The notes under the pieces: generated by a model | The model's database searches: none | What the model was told of the DNA's origin: nothing | The model's input: the letters and a program-made list of their open reading frames with translations, nothing else | Shown here: piece after piece, positions 39,143 to 48,497 of the stretch | How positions within the stretch are numbered: the first letter of the stretch is position 1 | Layout of the letters: the number at the start of each line of letters is the position of its first letter | Origin: Candidatus Altiarchaeota archaeon | GTDB taxonomy: Archaea > Altiarchaeota > Altiarchaeia > JAFGQM01 | Length of the DNA stretch: 52,478 nucleotides | NCBI GenBank assembly: GCA_041306005.1 | Contig: JBFYKJ010000056.1 | Location: forward strand, 1-52,478 | Direction of reading: 5' to 3' | Made by a program: the position numbers and the translations under genes

Positions 39143-40249
39143 ATGAGAGAAAGCTTTGCCCTCCGGGGCGCCATGAGGTATCTGAAGGAGAAGCATCCGG
39201 AAGAGGAGTTAGGGGAGGTCCTGCAGATCTGCGAGAACCTGGCCCTTGACCTGTCGAGGAAGAAAGGCTACCTGCACCCGCGGGCTCTTGCCGCCGCTTC
39301 ATCCCACATATTCCAGACCCGCCACGGCAAGTCCGTGACCCTTGAGGGTACGGCCTCCGACTTCAGGATATCGTCGGCGACCCTGCGCGAGTACCTAAGG
39401 ACATTCCCGACGGCCAGCGCATTGGAGACGGCGGAAAAAATACTGGAGAACCAGCTCTTCGGCGTCGAGCTCAGGGAGTCTCTGAAGGTGCTCAAGGTCC
39501 TGCAGGAGAAGCTTGACAAGAAGAAGAACACGCTCAACCCCGCGGCGTTGTCCGCGGCGGCAGTGTACATCTACGGCTACAAGGACGGCAGGGAGATATC
39601 GATAGCCGACGTCGCGAAGCGCTTTGAGATCTCCACATCCACACTCCGCGACTATGTCGGCGCGCACGAGGAGGCGATGGACCCCGTAGAGAGGGCGAAG
39701 ATGATACTGCGCCAGTACGCCAAGGACGAGGATTTGTCGAAGATGTACGGCATGGTCGCAAGGGTGTACGAGTCGATGGGGATATCCACGGCCAGGATAC
39801 TTGCCGCGATAGCGTATTACCTGTATGTGATCGACGAACAAAAGTATGTGACCATCGAGAAGGTCGCAAGGGACTTCAACGTCTCGATACCCGCCCTGCG
39901 GTCATACCTCGAGCCTTATTTGTCGTCCATATCCAAGACGTATCTCCTCTTCAAGAGGGGCGACGCCTACGATGTCAAGGGGGCGGTGGGCCAGCTGAAC
40001 GAGTCGGAGACGGAGCTGCTCGGGCGCGTATATGCGAAGTTCGGCAACAACATATTCGAGCTGTCGCTACTATTCGACATACCGGGCGTGCCGAGGGGGC
40101 GGTGGCAGCTCTTTGTAAGGAAGATGAGTAGGCTGGGGCTCCTTGACATCTACAAGAAGCCGCTCGACCCGAAACAGTACTGCACCCTGGTCAGGGGCGT
40201 CAGCGAGTCGCTGGCCAAGCCCGAGAGGCTTGAAAGGTGGCTTGGGTAA
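39143..40249 (+). CDS. Protein with three tandem TFIIB/TFB-cyclin-like helix-turn-helix repeats and a C-terminal wHTH-like domain; no Zn-ribbon
   Basis: Repeats with a period of about 85 aa: RALAAASSHIFQTRHGKSVTLEGTASDFRISSATLREYL, AALSAAAVYIYGYKDGREISIADVAKRFEISTSTLRDYV, ARILAAIAYYLYVIDEQKYVTIEKVARDFNVSIPALRSYL (nt 39281-39910). The pattern matches the AAAxYxA...xTxxEIAxxxxVSxxTIRxxY signature of TFIIB cyclin repeats. Confidence 0.6.
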   Translation: MRESFALRGAMRYLKEKHPEEELGEVLQICENLALDLSRKKGYLHPRALAAASSHIFQTRHGKSVTLEGTASDFRISSATLREYLRTFPTASALETAEKILENQLFGVELRESLKVLKVLQEKLDKKKNTLNPAALSAAAVYIYGYKDGREISIADVAKRFEISTSTLRDYVGAHEEAMDPVERAKMILRQYAKDEDLSKMYGMVARVYESMGISTARILAAIAYYLYVIDEQKYVTIEKVARDFNVSIPALRSYLEPYLSSISKTYLLFKRGDAYDVKGAVGQLNESETELLGRVYAKFGNNIFELSLLFDIPGVPRGRWQLFVRKMSRLGLLDIYKKPLDPKQYCTLVRGVSESLAKPERLERWLG

Positions 40250-40291
40250 GTATGTATGGCAGTACAAGCAAGCGCCGGAGCGTCGACCCGG

Positions 40292-41500
40292 TCAGAGTAT
40301 GACCGCATAGCCAATCAGCCGCCACTTCATGTCTATCCTCTTTGAGATGGCGAGGCGGTCGCCCTTTACGGCGATGACGGGTATCTTGAGGTTCATGGAC
40401 GCCTGTCCCGGCTTCACCTTCTGGACGACGCCTACCGTGACCGTCGTGCCGAAGCTCAGCATGAGCGGCTCGCCCACCTTTATCTCCACGTCGGTGTCGA
40501 CGAGCTCCCTCTCGATCAGGTGTATCTCCGCCTCAACCGCGGACATCGGCCCGGGCAGCCCGCCGACTTTGCTCAGCACGTTGCCTGAAAGCGCATCCGA
40601 CTTCGTCAAGCTCGGGTCGAGGGTCGTCTGCACCGCCATAAGCCCGCCCGGGCGCACGGCGCTGACCATCTCATCGCTCGCGTCTATGGCCGATATCCTG
40701 GTCTTTATCGGGTCCCAGAACTCCTGGTTCTGCTTGACCCTCTTTATGCCGGGCTTTATCTCGATCTCGTCGCCGACTTTTAGCTCCCCCTGTACGAGGG
40801 TCCCGCCAAGGACGCCGCCCTTCAGCTCGGATATCTTCGAGCCCGGCTTGTTGACGTCGAACGAGCGCGCTATGAGCATCTTCGGCGTTTTTTGCAAATC
40901 CCGCTTCGGCGTCGGGATTATCTGCTCAATCGCCGCTATCAGCGCGTCGATGTTCGCGTTGTAGTTCGCGGCTATGGGTATTATCGGGGCCTCGATCCCG
41001 ACCTTCTTAAGGAACGCCTCGATATCGGCCTTGTTCTGCGCGGCCTGCTCCTTTGCCACGACGTCTATCTTGTTCTGCACGACGATTATGTTCTTCAGCC
41101 CCATGAGCTTGAGGGCCAGGAGATGCTCCTTTGTCTGCGGCTGCGGGCACTGCTCGTCGGCGGCTATTACGAGTATGACCCCGTCCATCAGGGCGGAGCC
41201 AGAGAGCATCGTCGCAATCAGGGTCTCGTGGCCCGGGGCGTCGACGAAAGAGACCTTGCGCAGGAACTTCGCTTTCCCCCCGCACTTCGGGCACTTCTCG
41301 CTTGTGGCGTAAGCGTCAAAGCCCCCGCACTTGTCACAGCGGTAGAAATTGCAGTCCGCGTAGCCCAAACGGATGGAGATGCCCCTTCGTATCTCCTCGC
41401 TGTGGCGGTCGGTCCAGACCCCGGACAGGGCCTTAGTAAGAGTCGTCTTCCCGTGGTCCACGTGGCCCACGAGCCCGATGTTGACTTCAGCTTGAGGCAT
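40292..41500 (-). CDS. eif2g: Translation initiation factor aIF2 gamma subunit
   Basis: NIGLVGHVDHGKTTLTKALSG, zinc knuckle CDKCG..CPKCG, DAPGHE, VQNKIDV. Confidence 0.95.
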   Translation of the reverse strand: MPQAEVNIGLVGHVDHGKTTLTKALSGVWTDRHSEEIRRGISIRLGYADCNFYRCDKCGGFDAYATSEKCPKCGGKAKFLRKVSFVDAPGHETLIATMLSGSALMDGVILVIAADEQCPQPQTKEHLLALKLMGLKNIIVVQNKIDVVAKEQAAQNKADIEAFLKKVGIEAPIIPIAANYNANIDALIAAIEQIIPTPKRDLQKTPKMLIARSFDVNKPGSKISELKGGVLGGTLVQGELKVGDEIEIKPGIKRVKQNQEFWDPIKTRISAIDASDEMVSAVRPGGLMAVQTTLDPSLTKSDALSGNVLSKVGGLPGPMSAVEAEIHLIERELVDTDVEIKVGEPLMLSFGTTVTVGVVQKVKPGQASMNLKIPVIAVKGDRLAISKRIDMKWRLIGYAVIL

Positions 41501-41569
41501 TATCTTAAAGGTCTTTAGTCTTGAGTCCTGGGTCCTGCCTTGGGTGCTGGAAGCTTACCTCTTCAGGGC

Positions 41570-42064
41570 TTACTTCGTCTCCTTTGCCGCTTCTTTCGGG
41601 GCTTCCTTCTTCTCCTTGCGGGCTTCGGCCGGGGCGGCGCCCTCCTTTGGGGCCTCGCCCTCTTTCGGGGCCTCGCCCTCTGCCTTCTCAAGCCCGAGGA
41701 GCTTCTCGATGGGGTCCTTCCCCTCCTTGACCACGATGGTGTTTATCTGCGATATCTTGTCGTCGATTATGTCGCCGACGACGGTTTTCCTCAACCTTAC
41801 GCCCTCCCCGGCCGGCCTATAGCCCTGAGTCCTTGTGGACATCAGCGCCTTGCCCCTGCCGGTCTTGTGCATGTCCTTCCTCATGGGAAAACCGCACTTG
41901 TCCGAGCCGCCGGTTATCTTCACCTCGTAGCCCTTTAGCCCGAGGGGCGTCACATTAACTTCGTCACCTATCTTCTTGCCGATGAAAACAGCAGCCAGGC
42001 CCTCCTTGGCTTCCAGGTTGTAGGATTTGCCAGTCTTGGTGCCGACAACTATCTTGCATTCCAT
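41570..42064 (-). CDS. rps6e: Ribosomal protein S6e with a Lys/Glu/Ala/Pro-rich C-terminal tail
   Basis: MECKIVVGTKTGKSYNLE, GGSDKCGFPMRKD. Start at ATG 42064. The upstream 74 codons of the track ORF are rejected. The tail is EKAEGEAPKEGEAPKEGAAPAEARKEKKEAPKEAAKETK. Confidence 0.88.
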   Translation of the reverse strand: MECKIVVGTKTGKSYNLEAKEGLAAVFIGKKIGDEVNVTPLGLKGYEVKITGGSDKCGFPMRKDMHKTGRGKALMSTRTQGYRPAGEGVRLRKTVVGDIIDDKISQINTIVVKEGKDPIEKLLGLEKAEGEAPKEGEAPKEGAAPAEARKEKKEAPKEAAKETK

Positions 42065-42257
42065 TTTGTTTAGTTTATGTTCCGTAGAAGCGATACCGCC
42101 AGAAGCAGTAACACCCAGAAACAGCGCTTTATTTGAAGGATAGGGTATATAAGTGGTAGGAGGCGGCGTAACGGGGAGTGTACAAGCGGTTTTAAGCGCC
42201 GTTTGCAGTGTAATCGCATCTGGCATAGCCCGCCGATTTAAATACTTATTTGGATTA

Positions 42258-42284
42258 ATTACCCTGATTACCCAATAATTACCC
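42258..42284 (+). promoter_or_regulatory. Three direct ATTACCC heptamers at 9- and 11-nt phasing, immediately upstream of the ATG at 42289
   Basis: ATTACCC at 42258-42264, 42267-42273 and 42278-42284. The last copy ends 4 nt before the start codon. Confidence 0.4.
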
Positions 42285-42288
42285 AAAG

Positions 42289-43017
42289 ATGGCGCCTACG
42301 ACTAAACGTATAGAGTCCAAGATTATAGAGCCCAAAGTAAAGAGGCGGGCTTGGAAGATCCCGGCCCATGAGATATCGCTGGTAAGCCTGCCCGCGCCGG
42401 CATCAGAGGACTATGTCGCCCCCGAGGCGACGGATGAAAAGCACCGCCCGTTGAAGGGGGCGGTAAGGGATGTCATCAGGCCATTTACGGGTATAGACTT
42501 AAAGGGCAAGGACAGCCTGGTCCTGTGGACCGGGAGGGACCCCAGCCAGGTCGCATTGCCCCTCATCCACAACAAGCAAGGGCCCCTGCAAAGCAGGGTG
42601 CACGGGCTTATAGAGTTCAGGCTTGCGGATACGCCCGACGGCAAGCGCATCAACCTCATCGGTTATACGGACATCTCCAGAAGGGGGTCCGGCGTCCTAA
42701 TGCTCCCAAGGGCGGTCAACAGCATAGCAGAGATGTATGAGCAGCTTGGCACCGCCAGGCCGCACGAGGAAACGCCCCACCTCAAGACCAGCGTTTCGGG
42801 GGGCTCGCAGGCCAAACAGATAATCATCCGCCCAAACCAGTCGATAATCGTCCCAGGGATGGCGGAGGAGACCTTGAGGGACAAGCACCTGTTTTTCGAA
42901 GAGTACGTCGGAAGGGACGGAAAAAAACGGATGGGCATAAGGGACGAGCATAAGCAGTGGTATCCGGCGTGGATGGTCTTTGCGCCCAAAGAGTACAAGC
43001 AAAAAGAGCGCCGCTAA
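42289..43017 (+). CDS. Hypothetical protein
   Basis: 242-aa ORF with coding-like composition. No family recognised. Confidence 0.5.
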   Translation: MAPTTKRIESKIIEPKVKRRAWKIPAHEISLVSLPAPASEDYVAPEATDEKHRPLKGAVRDVIRPFTGIDLKGKDSLVLWTGRDPSQVALPLIHNKQGPLQSRVHGLIEFRLADTPDGKRINLIGYTDISRRGSGVLMLPRAVNSIAEMYEQLGTARPHEETPHLKTSVSGGSQAKQIIIRPNQSIIVPGMAEETLRDKHLFFEEYVGRDGKKRMGIRDEHKQWYPAWMVFAPKEYKQKERR

Positions 43018-43019
43018 GG

Positions 43020-44723
43020 CTATCTGGCCGCCTTTCCCGCGCCCCGCTCCCCGGCGCCAAACATCCGTGACCATGGCCTTATAGCGACGCGATATTCCGG
43101 GAGTATGTATTTGTGCAGCGGCGTGTCCGCATGCCCGCCCTTTGTTGCGCGCTGGGCGGCCTCCCTTGCCACGCGGTCCCTCTCGTCCATCATGAACTCG
43201 TGCCTCCGCATCATCAGCTCGCTCGCATCCGCGCCCGCGTCATGCATCCCCCTTAGCTCCTTTTGCAAATCGGCCATACGGGAGGGCTCGACATCGGCTG
43301 GCGCGGCAATCGGCGGGCGCAGCATCACTCCAGTCGTCATCCTCTTGTGGTGTTCCAGCAGGTTGTTTAGGGAACTGATATCCTTTGCATACGGTGGAGA
43401 CGCCCACCACGCATCCTTCCTGCGCAGCATGGACTTTATCCGCGTTATGCTCTCGTCCCAGCCCTTTGCCTTGAAGTCTTCGCCGGGCTCCATGAGTATG
43501 TTTGCATAGGTGGAACTCCTAGTCCGCTTCCTCATGTGGGCGACGGGCCAGCTGTTCGTCGAGGCTATCATATGCCCATCTTCTTCCAGCTTCGCATATA
43601 ATGCTGCGTCCTCCCCCCTCATCGTGCTAGTGATAAACGGGTATCTCATCAGGACCCACGAGCGCACGCAAGTGTTCCCGGCCCCGCGGTGCAGCTGGGT
43701 CTTGTCGGGGATGCCCGGCGCGCCGGACGCCCAGTGCGGCGTGAAGGCGGGCCTTGCCATCTCCACGGACTGCCAGGCCTTGCGTATCATGTTTTTGAAG
43801 CCGTGCCTTACGCTGAGGTTGTCCATGAACCTCCTTGAGAACACCGCCCTCCCGAGGCTTGCGGTCTCGCGGGTGCGCGGGTGGACCACATCGATGCTCC
43901 CCATCTTCTTGGAGTTCGGGCGCCTGACGCCCTGCGTGTTCTTCAGGAACATCTCTATCGCGGTCAGCGAGGTGTCGACTATGTCCTGGGCGGGCATGTC
44001 AGCGTCGAATGTTATGCCCCCGCTCGCGGCGGCGACTTTGGGGTTCTTCTGGAAGTAATCGTCGATCTTGGCGAAGTACGACCCAGCATCCTTGAGCCTC
44101 AGCCTGCCCTCGACCTCTATCTTCCCGCCCTTCAGCCTCGTGGCGCCCTTGGGGAACCCCCTGCCAAAAAGCGCCCTTGCGCCCTTTTTTGTGTAGACTG
44201 CAGTGGTCCTGACGAGCGGCTTTGCATAAAGGTCGTCATCAAAGAGTATCGCAAGGTCATCCGGGCGGTTAAGGAGGCCCTTGGAGTAAGCAAGGAGGGT
44301 CGCGCGGTTCCTGGCCGGGCCGTAGCCGTCCGGTGTCGAGTCATAGTTGCCGACGTATCGGGCAAGCTCGCCCCACCGCTCCGGGTCCTTGTCGTGAAGC
44401 TCCCTTAGCATCTTCTCCTGCTCTTCGGGCGCGATGTGGTGTATGTGTATGTTCCGTTTCTTGTTTTTCCCCAGATACCGCTTAAGGTCCCTTAATGCGC
44501 GGGCGTTCTCGTCGACCACTTCACCCGTGTTGTAATCGGCCACGAGGAAGTGCACCTGCCCGGGGTAATCGTGGGTCACCGCGTTCTCCACGAACGACTT
44601 GACGCACTGGCCTATGCTCTCGGCCCTGGCGGTCGGTATCAAGACTACCTTGCGGCCATTCGGCTTGTGCGGAAGTCCCGGTTTTTCAGCCCTTGGGCGG
44701 GCCTCTGTTTTTCCGGCAGGCAT
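43020..44723 (-). CDS. Putative GT-A-fold glycosyltransferase-like protein
   Basis: N-terminal Rossmann-like VVLIPTARAESIGQCVKSF, an acidic ILFDDDLY (DxD-like) motif, and a later RGEDAALYAKL (GED-like) motif. 567 aa. Family not assignable by eye. Confidence 0.45.
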   Translation of the reverse strand: MPAGKTEARPRAEKPGLPHKPNGRKVVLIPTARAESIGQCVKSFVENAVTHDYPGQVHFLVADYNTGEVVDENARALRDLKRYLGKNKKRNIHIHHIAPEEQEKMLRELHDKDPERWGELARYVGNYDSTPDGYGPARNRATLLAYSKGLLNRPDDLAILFDDDLYAKPLVRTTAVYTKKGARALFGRGFPKGATRLKGGKIEVEGRLRLKDAGSYFAKIDDYFQKNPKVAAASGGITFDADMPAQDIVDTSLTAIEMFLKNTQGVRRPNSKKMGSIDVVHPRTRETASLGRAVFSRRFMDNLSVRHGFKNMIRKAWQSVEMARPAFTPHWASGAPGIPDKTQLHRGAGNTCVRSWVLMRYPFITSTMRGEDAALYAKLEEDGHMIASTNSWPVAHMRKRTRSSTYANILMEPGEDFKAKGWDESITRIKSMLRRKDAWWASPPYAKDISSLNNLLEHHKRMTTGVMLRPPIAAPADVEPSRMADLQKELRGMHDAGADASELMMRRHEFMMDERDRVAREAAQRATKGGHADTPLHKYILPEYRVAIRPWSRMFGAGERGAGKAAR

Positions 44724-44801
44724 GGGAGATTATGCCGTAGAATGTTTAAAAGGATAGTGGCTCAACGGCATCGCCGCCCGGTTGGCGCGCGCGGACGTGC
44801 C

Positions 44802-47800
44802 TCACTTCTCCCTCGAAAGCTGCACCAGCTTCTTCAGCAGCTCCTCGTCCTCCTTGTTCATGAACTTCTTGCCTTTCTTTAGGATGGTCTCGTATTCGTT
44901 GAACGTTATATGGGTGAAGAGGATGTCCCCCTCCACGATGTTCCTCCCGACGAGCGGCCCGTCGATGGCGACAGCCACCTCCATCCCCTTCTTCGCCTCG
45001 TCCAGCTTGTCGGTCTTGTCTTGTATTGATTTTACCGTCCCGACGCGCGTGCCGTCCTCCTTCATCAGCGGGTATCCCTCGCGTATCCTGCCCTTTATCA
45101 CCGCGACGCCTATTATCGCGGGGTCTGAGCGCCTGAACGTGCACCCCTCGAGGAACTTGATCTCCGCCGGGAATGGTATCGTGTCGAATATCGCCATCTC
45201 CTGCTGGCGCTTGACGTCCTTGACCCACTCCCCATAATCCTCTATTATCTTGAAGATTATCTTGTTTGCGAGGAGCTTGACCTTGGCCGTTTCGGCGTAT
45301 TGGAGCAAATCCTCGGCTACCGGCGCGTTGAAAGCGATGACTATCCCGTATTCGGGGTTCTGCTTCCTCATGGATTCCGCCTCCATGATGTCCGTCTTTG
45401 ACACCGCCCCGATATCCGCCTTCCTGACCGGTATCCCGAGCTTCTTGAACATGCCGAGGATGGCTTCCAAACTTCCGAGGCTGTCCGACCGGACGACAAG
45501 CCCGACGTTTTCGTGGTCGAAGCGGACGGACTCGAGCTCCTTTCTTATTATGGCCTTCAGCTCCTCGGCTTTCTTCGGGTCGGCGCCCTCGACAACGTAG
45601 ACCTGCCCGCCGGGGAGGGCGTTCTCGACGCCGGGGCCCACCAGTTTCAAACCGCTCGCCGCGGAGATTGACGCTATGTTGTCGAACTTGTCCCTAGGGT
45701 CGCGCATCTCGTCCAGGGGCTTGGGTTTAAGTAGAGCCTTGACCTTCGTCTCTACGGGCCCGTCCTTGCCGCTCATGACGACAGTGTCACCCCGCTTGAT
45801 GGTCCCGTCATATAATATTAAATCAAGGCTCGTGCCCAGTCCCTTCTCCTCCTTGACTTCCAGGATGCTCGCCTTGCCCGGGCCCTTCACCTCTATCTGC
45901 AGGTTCTTTTCAAGGTATTTCTGGGAAAGCCCCGTTAAGAGCATCATCGCCTCGGCGATGCCCTCGCCCGTTTTTGCCGACACGGGCACTATGCAGACCT
46001 GCTTTGTGAAGTCCCCGACACGGTCGAACCTCTCGGAGCTGATGTTCATCTCGCTTAGGCGACCGACCAGTTCATACAGTTTTTGCTCGACCTCCTTTCT
46101 CACGAAGTCCTGCTGCTGCTTGACTGCCTTAATGAAGCAGTACTCGCCGGTGTTGTGCCACCCGGAAAGAAGGTCTATCTTGTTAGCCACGACGATGAAC
46201 GGGGTCTTGTAGTTCTTGAGTATCTCAAGGGCTTCTATAGTCTGGGGCATGAAGCCCTCGCGGATGTCGACTACGAGGACGGCGAGGTCTGCGATGCTGC
46301 CGCCCCTCTTCCTTAAATTAGTAAACGCCTCGTGTCCCGGGGTGTCGATGAATAGGAGTCCGGGGATAGTCACGTCCACATTCATCGCCTCAAGCTGTTT
46401 CCCGCACAGGTTTTTTATTACGTCGATGGGGACTTCTGTCGCGCCGATGTGCTGGGTTATCCCGCCCGCCTCCCTCGCGGCGACAGAGGACTCCCTGATC
46501 TTGTCGAGAAACGAGGTGTTGTGTATTATGCACCGGTCGGCAATGAAGTTATGGGTCTCCGGTTGGGTGAAATCATAGACGTTGCATTCGCCCCTTATCT
46601 CCCGCGCCCCGGCGACCCGCGTGCAGACGAAGTCCGAGTTGACGATCCCGTGGAGCCTCCCGGCGTGGTTGAAGACAAGGACAGGGTATCGGGCCGCGCT
46701 CTCAAGCCCGGGCAGGAGCGACAGACCCTTCGCGGTCAGCATGAAGCGGCTTTCCGCCTTGGCGAGCAGCCCTTCGCTTGACAGGAAGGTCAGGTGGTTC
46801 AAAAGCCTCTTGTGCGGCACCGGAAGCCTCTTGTAAAGGGCGGAATATGTGAGCGGGCGCTCCAGCGCCTTCAGCGCCGAGAGCCTCTCGCGCATGGTGC
46901 CCTTATACCCTTTGCCCAGCACCCGCTTCTGCAGGCTCTTTATGAAAGACCTGAGGTACGCGCGTGAGACGAAGGGGTATTTCTCATAAGCCTTCTGGTA
47001 GGGTATCTCCGTCTCCATCCCCGAAAGGCCGAATGAGACGCGAAGCTCCCTGACTTTGGAGCCGGGTATCGGGAGGAGGTCAAAGATCCTGCTCGTTGTC
47101 GCCTTCTTGTGCATCGAATCCAGGCACGCCTGCTTCCTCGCAAGCCTGAAGCCTATGGACTCGCTGAAGTTGCAAAGGTACTCGCTTCCCGAGATTTTCA
47201 GCCGATAGCCCCCCCTCGAGCTGCTCACGACCGACGGGCAGCCGAACCGCTGCAGGGCTATTGCAAGCTTTCTTATCATGTCCCCGCTCATAGAGAGGAC
47301 CTCAACACCCGTTGATTTGGACACATAGCCGTCGGTGTCGAAATAGCCTGAGATGAATGCGGAGAGAAACGGGTTTGGCGACCTGAGGACGAGGTCCGGG
47401 ATAGTCATCGTGCGGCTCTTGTCGCGGCGCGGGTAGGCGAACACCTGGCAGAGGAGTTCGCCGAATGTCTTGTTGCCGGTGTTGGCAACGCTGTTAGTCG
47501 TCCGCTGGGGGGTAATGCGGATGCCCGTGCCAAAAGCGCTCATCATCGCCCGCCCGTACTCGGCGATAAGGTCCCCGTCGGTGTTTGAGAGGATTGCATT
47601 CCCCCGCGTACCGTCGCCCCATAGGGCGCCCATGGCATAAAAGGCGTCCTTGAACTGCTCTTCGGTCTTGGGGAGGCTGATCAGCGAGCCCCTGTGGCTG
47701 GCGCGCTGTTTTGTGGTGGAGTACTTGATGGCTGTGATAGAGTCATAGAGTTTTTGCGGGGGGATTTTGCCCCTCGCAAGGGCGACCGCGTCAGCGGCCC

Positions 47801-48401
47801 TAAACCTACCATGCATGGTGCAGTCATGCACCGAGCGGGTGATGAGCGCCCGCTTCTTTTCCTTGGCAAGCGCCCCGAGGCGCGCTGCCATTTCCGGCTC
47901 GAAGAAGGCTATGAAATCCCGGGACTCTGCGAGCTTTAGCAGGAAAAGCTCCTTGAAGCGCGCCAGGCTGATTTGCGGGGGCTGGACCCTGGCAGGGACT
48001 AAGATGAAGTCCCCGGTCTTGAGAGAATCGGCGCGCACCTTTGTTATCATCCCGTCCCCGCCCATCGAGAAGAACGGGTGCTCGGGGGTCACTTTTACCC
48101 TGGAGCCGTGCCTTGTCGCGACCTCGACGACCTTATCGGCCTTCAGCCTCCAGATGTGGCTCGCCTTCCTGGCCGATATGGCGCCCGTCTCGTCAAGCGA
48201 GAGGAGTTTTATATCAGCGCCCGAGAGGTCCAGGATGTCGCCGCGCCCGTCGGGGACGCGGGGCATCTTGGTGGAGAGCTCGTCGTAGATGCCCTTTATC
48301 GGCCTGATGCTCCCGTTTGCCAGGGCTATCTCAGTGTCGCCGGTGACGCACTTCCCGTGGTCAACGTGCCCGAGCACGGAAATGATAGGCTGACGGATCA
48401 T
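44802..48401 (-). CDS. infB: Translation initiation factor aIF5B (IF2-like GTPase) interrupted by an intein in the P-loop
   Basis: Exteins: MIRQPIISVLGHVDHGK | TSFLDKIRESSVAAREAGGITQHIGATEVP, DTPGHEAFTNLRKRGG, ANKIDL. The mature length would be 588 aa. Confidence 0.93.
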   Translation of the reverse strand: MIRQPIISVLGHVDHGKCVTGDTEIALANGSIRPIKGIYDELSTKMPRVPDGRGDILDLSGADIKLLSLDETGAISARKASHIWRLKADKVVEVATRHGSRVKVTPEHPFFSMGGDGMITKVRADSLKTGDFILVPARVQPPQISLARFKELFLLKLAESRDFIAFFEPEMAARLGALAKEKKRALITRSVHDCTMHGRFRAADAVALARGKIPPQKLYDSITAIKYSTTKQRASHRGSLISLPKTEEQFKDAFYAMGALWGDGTRGNAILSNTDGDLIAEYGRAMMSAFGTGIRITPQRTTNSVANTGNKTFGELLCQVFAYPRRDKSRTMTIPDLVLRSPNPFLSAFISGYFDTDGYVSKSTGVEVLSMSGDMIRKLAIALQRFGCPSVVSSSRGGYRLKISGSEYLCNFSESIGFRLARKQACLDSMHKKATTSRIFDLLPIPGSKVRELRVSFGLSGMETEIPYQKAYEKYPFVSRAYLRSFIKSLQKRVLGKGYKGTMRERLSALKALERPLTYSALYKRLPVPHKRLLNHLTFLSSEGLLAKAESRFMLTAKGLSLLPGLESAARYPVLVFNHAGRLHGIVNSDFVCTRVAGAREIRGECNVYDFTQPETHNFIADRCIIHNTSFLDKIRESSVAAREAGGITQHIGATEVPIDVIKNLCGKQLEAMNVDVTIPGLLFIDTPGHEAFTNLRKRGGSIADLAVLVVDIREGFMPQTIEALEILKNYKTPFIVVANKIDLLSGWHNTGEYCFIKAVKQQQDFVRKEVEQKLYELVGRLSEMNISSERFDRVGDFTKQVCIVPVSAKTGEGIAEAMMLLTGLSQKYLEKNLQIEVKGPGKASILEVKEEKGLGTSLDLILYDGTIKRGDTVVMSGKDGPVETKVKALLKPKPLDEMRDPRDKFDNIASISAASGLKLVGPGVENALPGGQVYVVEGADPKKAEELKAIIRKELESVRFDHENVGLVVRSDSLGSLEAILGMFKKLGIPVRKADIGAVSKTDIMEAESMRKQNPEYGIVIAFNAPVAEDLLQYAETAKVKLLANKIIFKIIEDYGEWVKDVKRQQEMAIFDTIPFPAEIKFLEGCTFRRSDPAIIGVAVIKGRIREGYPLMKEDGTRVGTVKSIQDKTDKLDEAKKGMEVAVAIDGPLVGRNIVEGDILFTHITFNEYETILKKGKKFMNKEDEELLKKLVQLSREK
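46518..48350 (-). mobile_element. 611-aa intein with LAGLIDADG homing-endonuclease domain inserted after GHVDHGK
   Basis: Block A CVTGDTEIAL (Cys1 codon 48348-48350). Block B VKVTPEHPFF. LAGLIDADG motifs FYAMGALWGDGT and FISGYFDTDGYV. Blocks F/G NVYDFTQPETHNFIADRCIIHN (Asn codon 46518-46520), followed by the +1 Thr. Confidence 0.9.
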
Positions 48402-48497
48402 TTTGAGGAGAAATCAAAAGCTTAGTTTAGCTTATTTTACCGGGTTAATTAGAAGCAAAGGGTTTAAATCTTCGAGGCATCGGGGGCTGATACGGCG

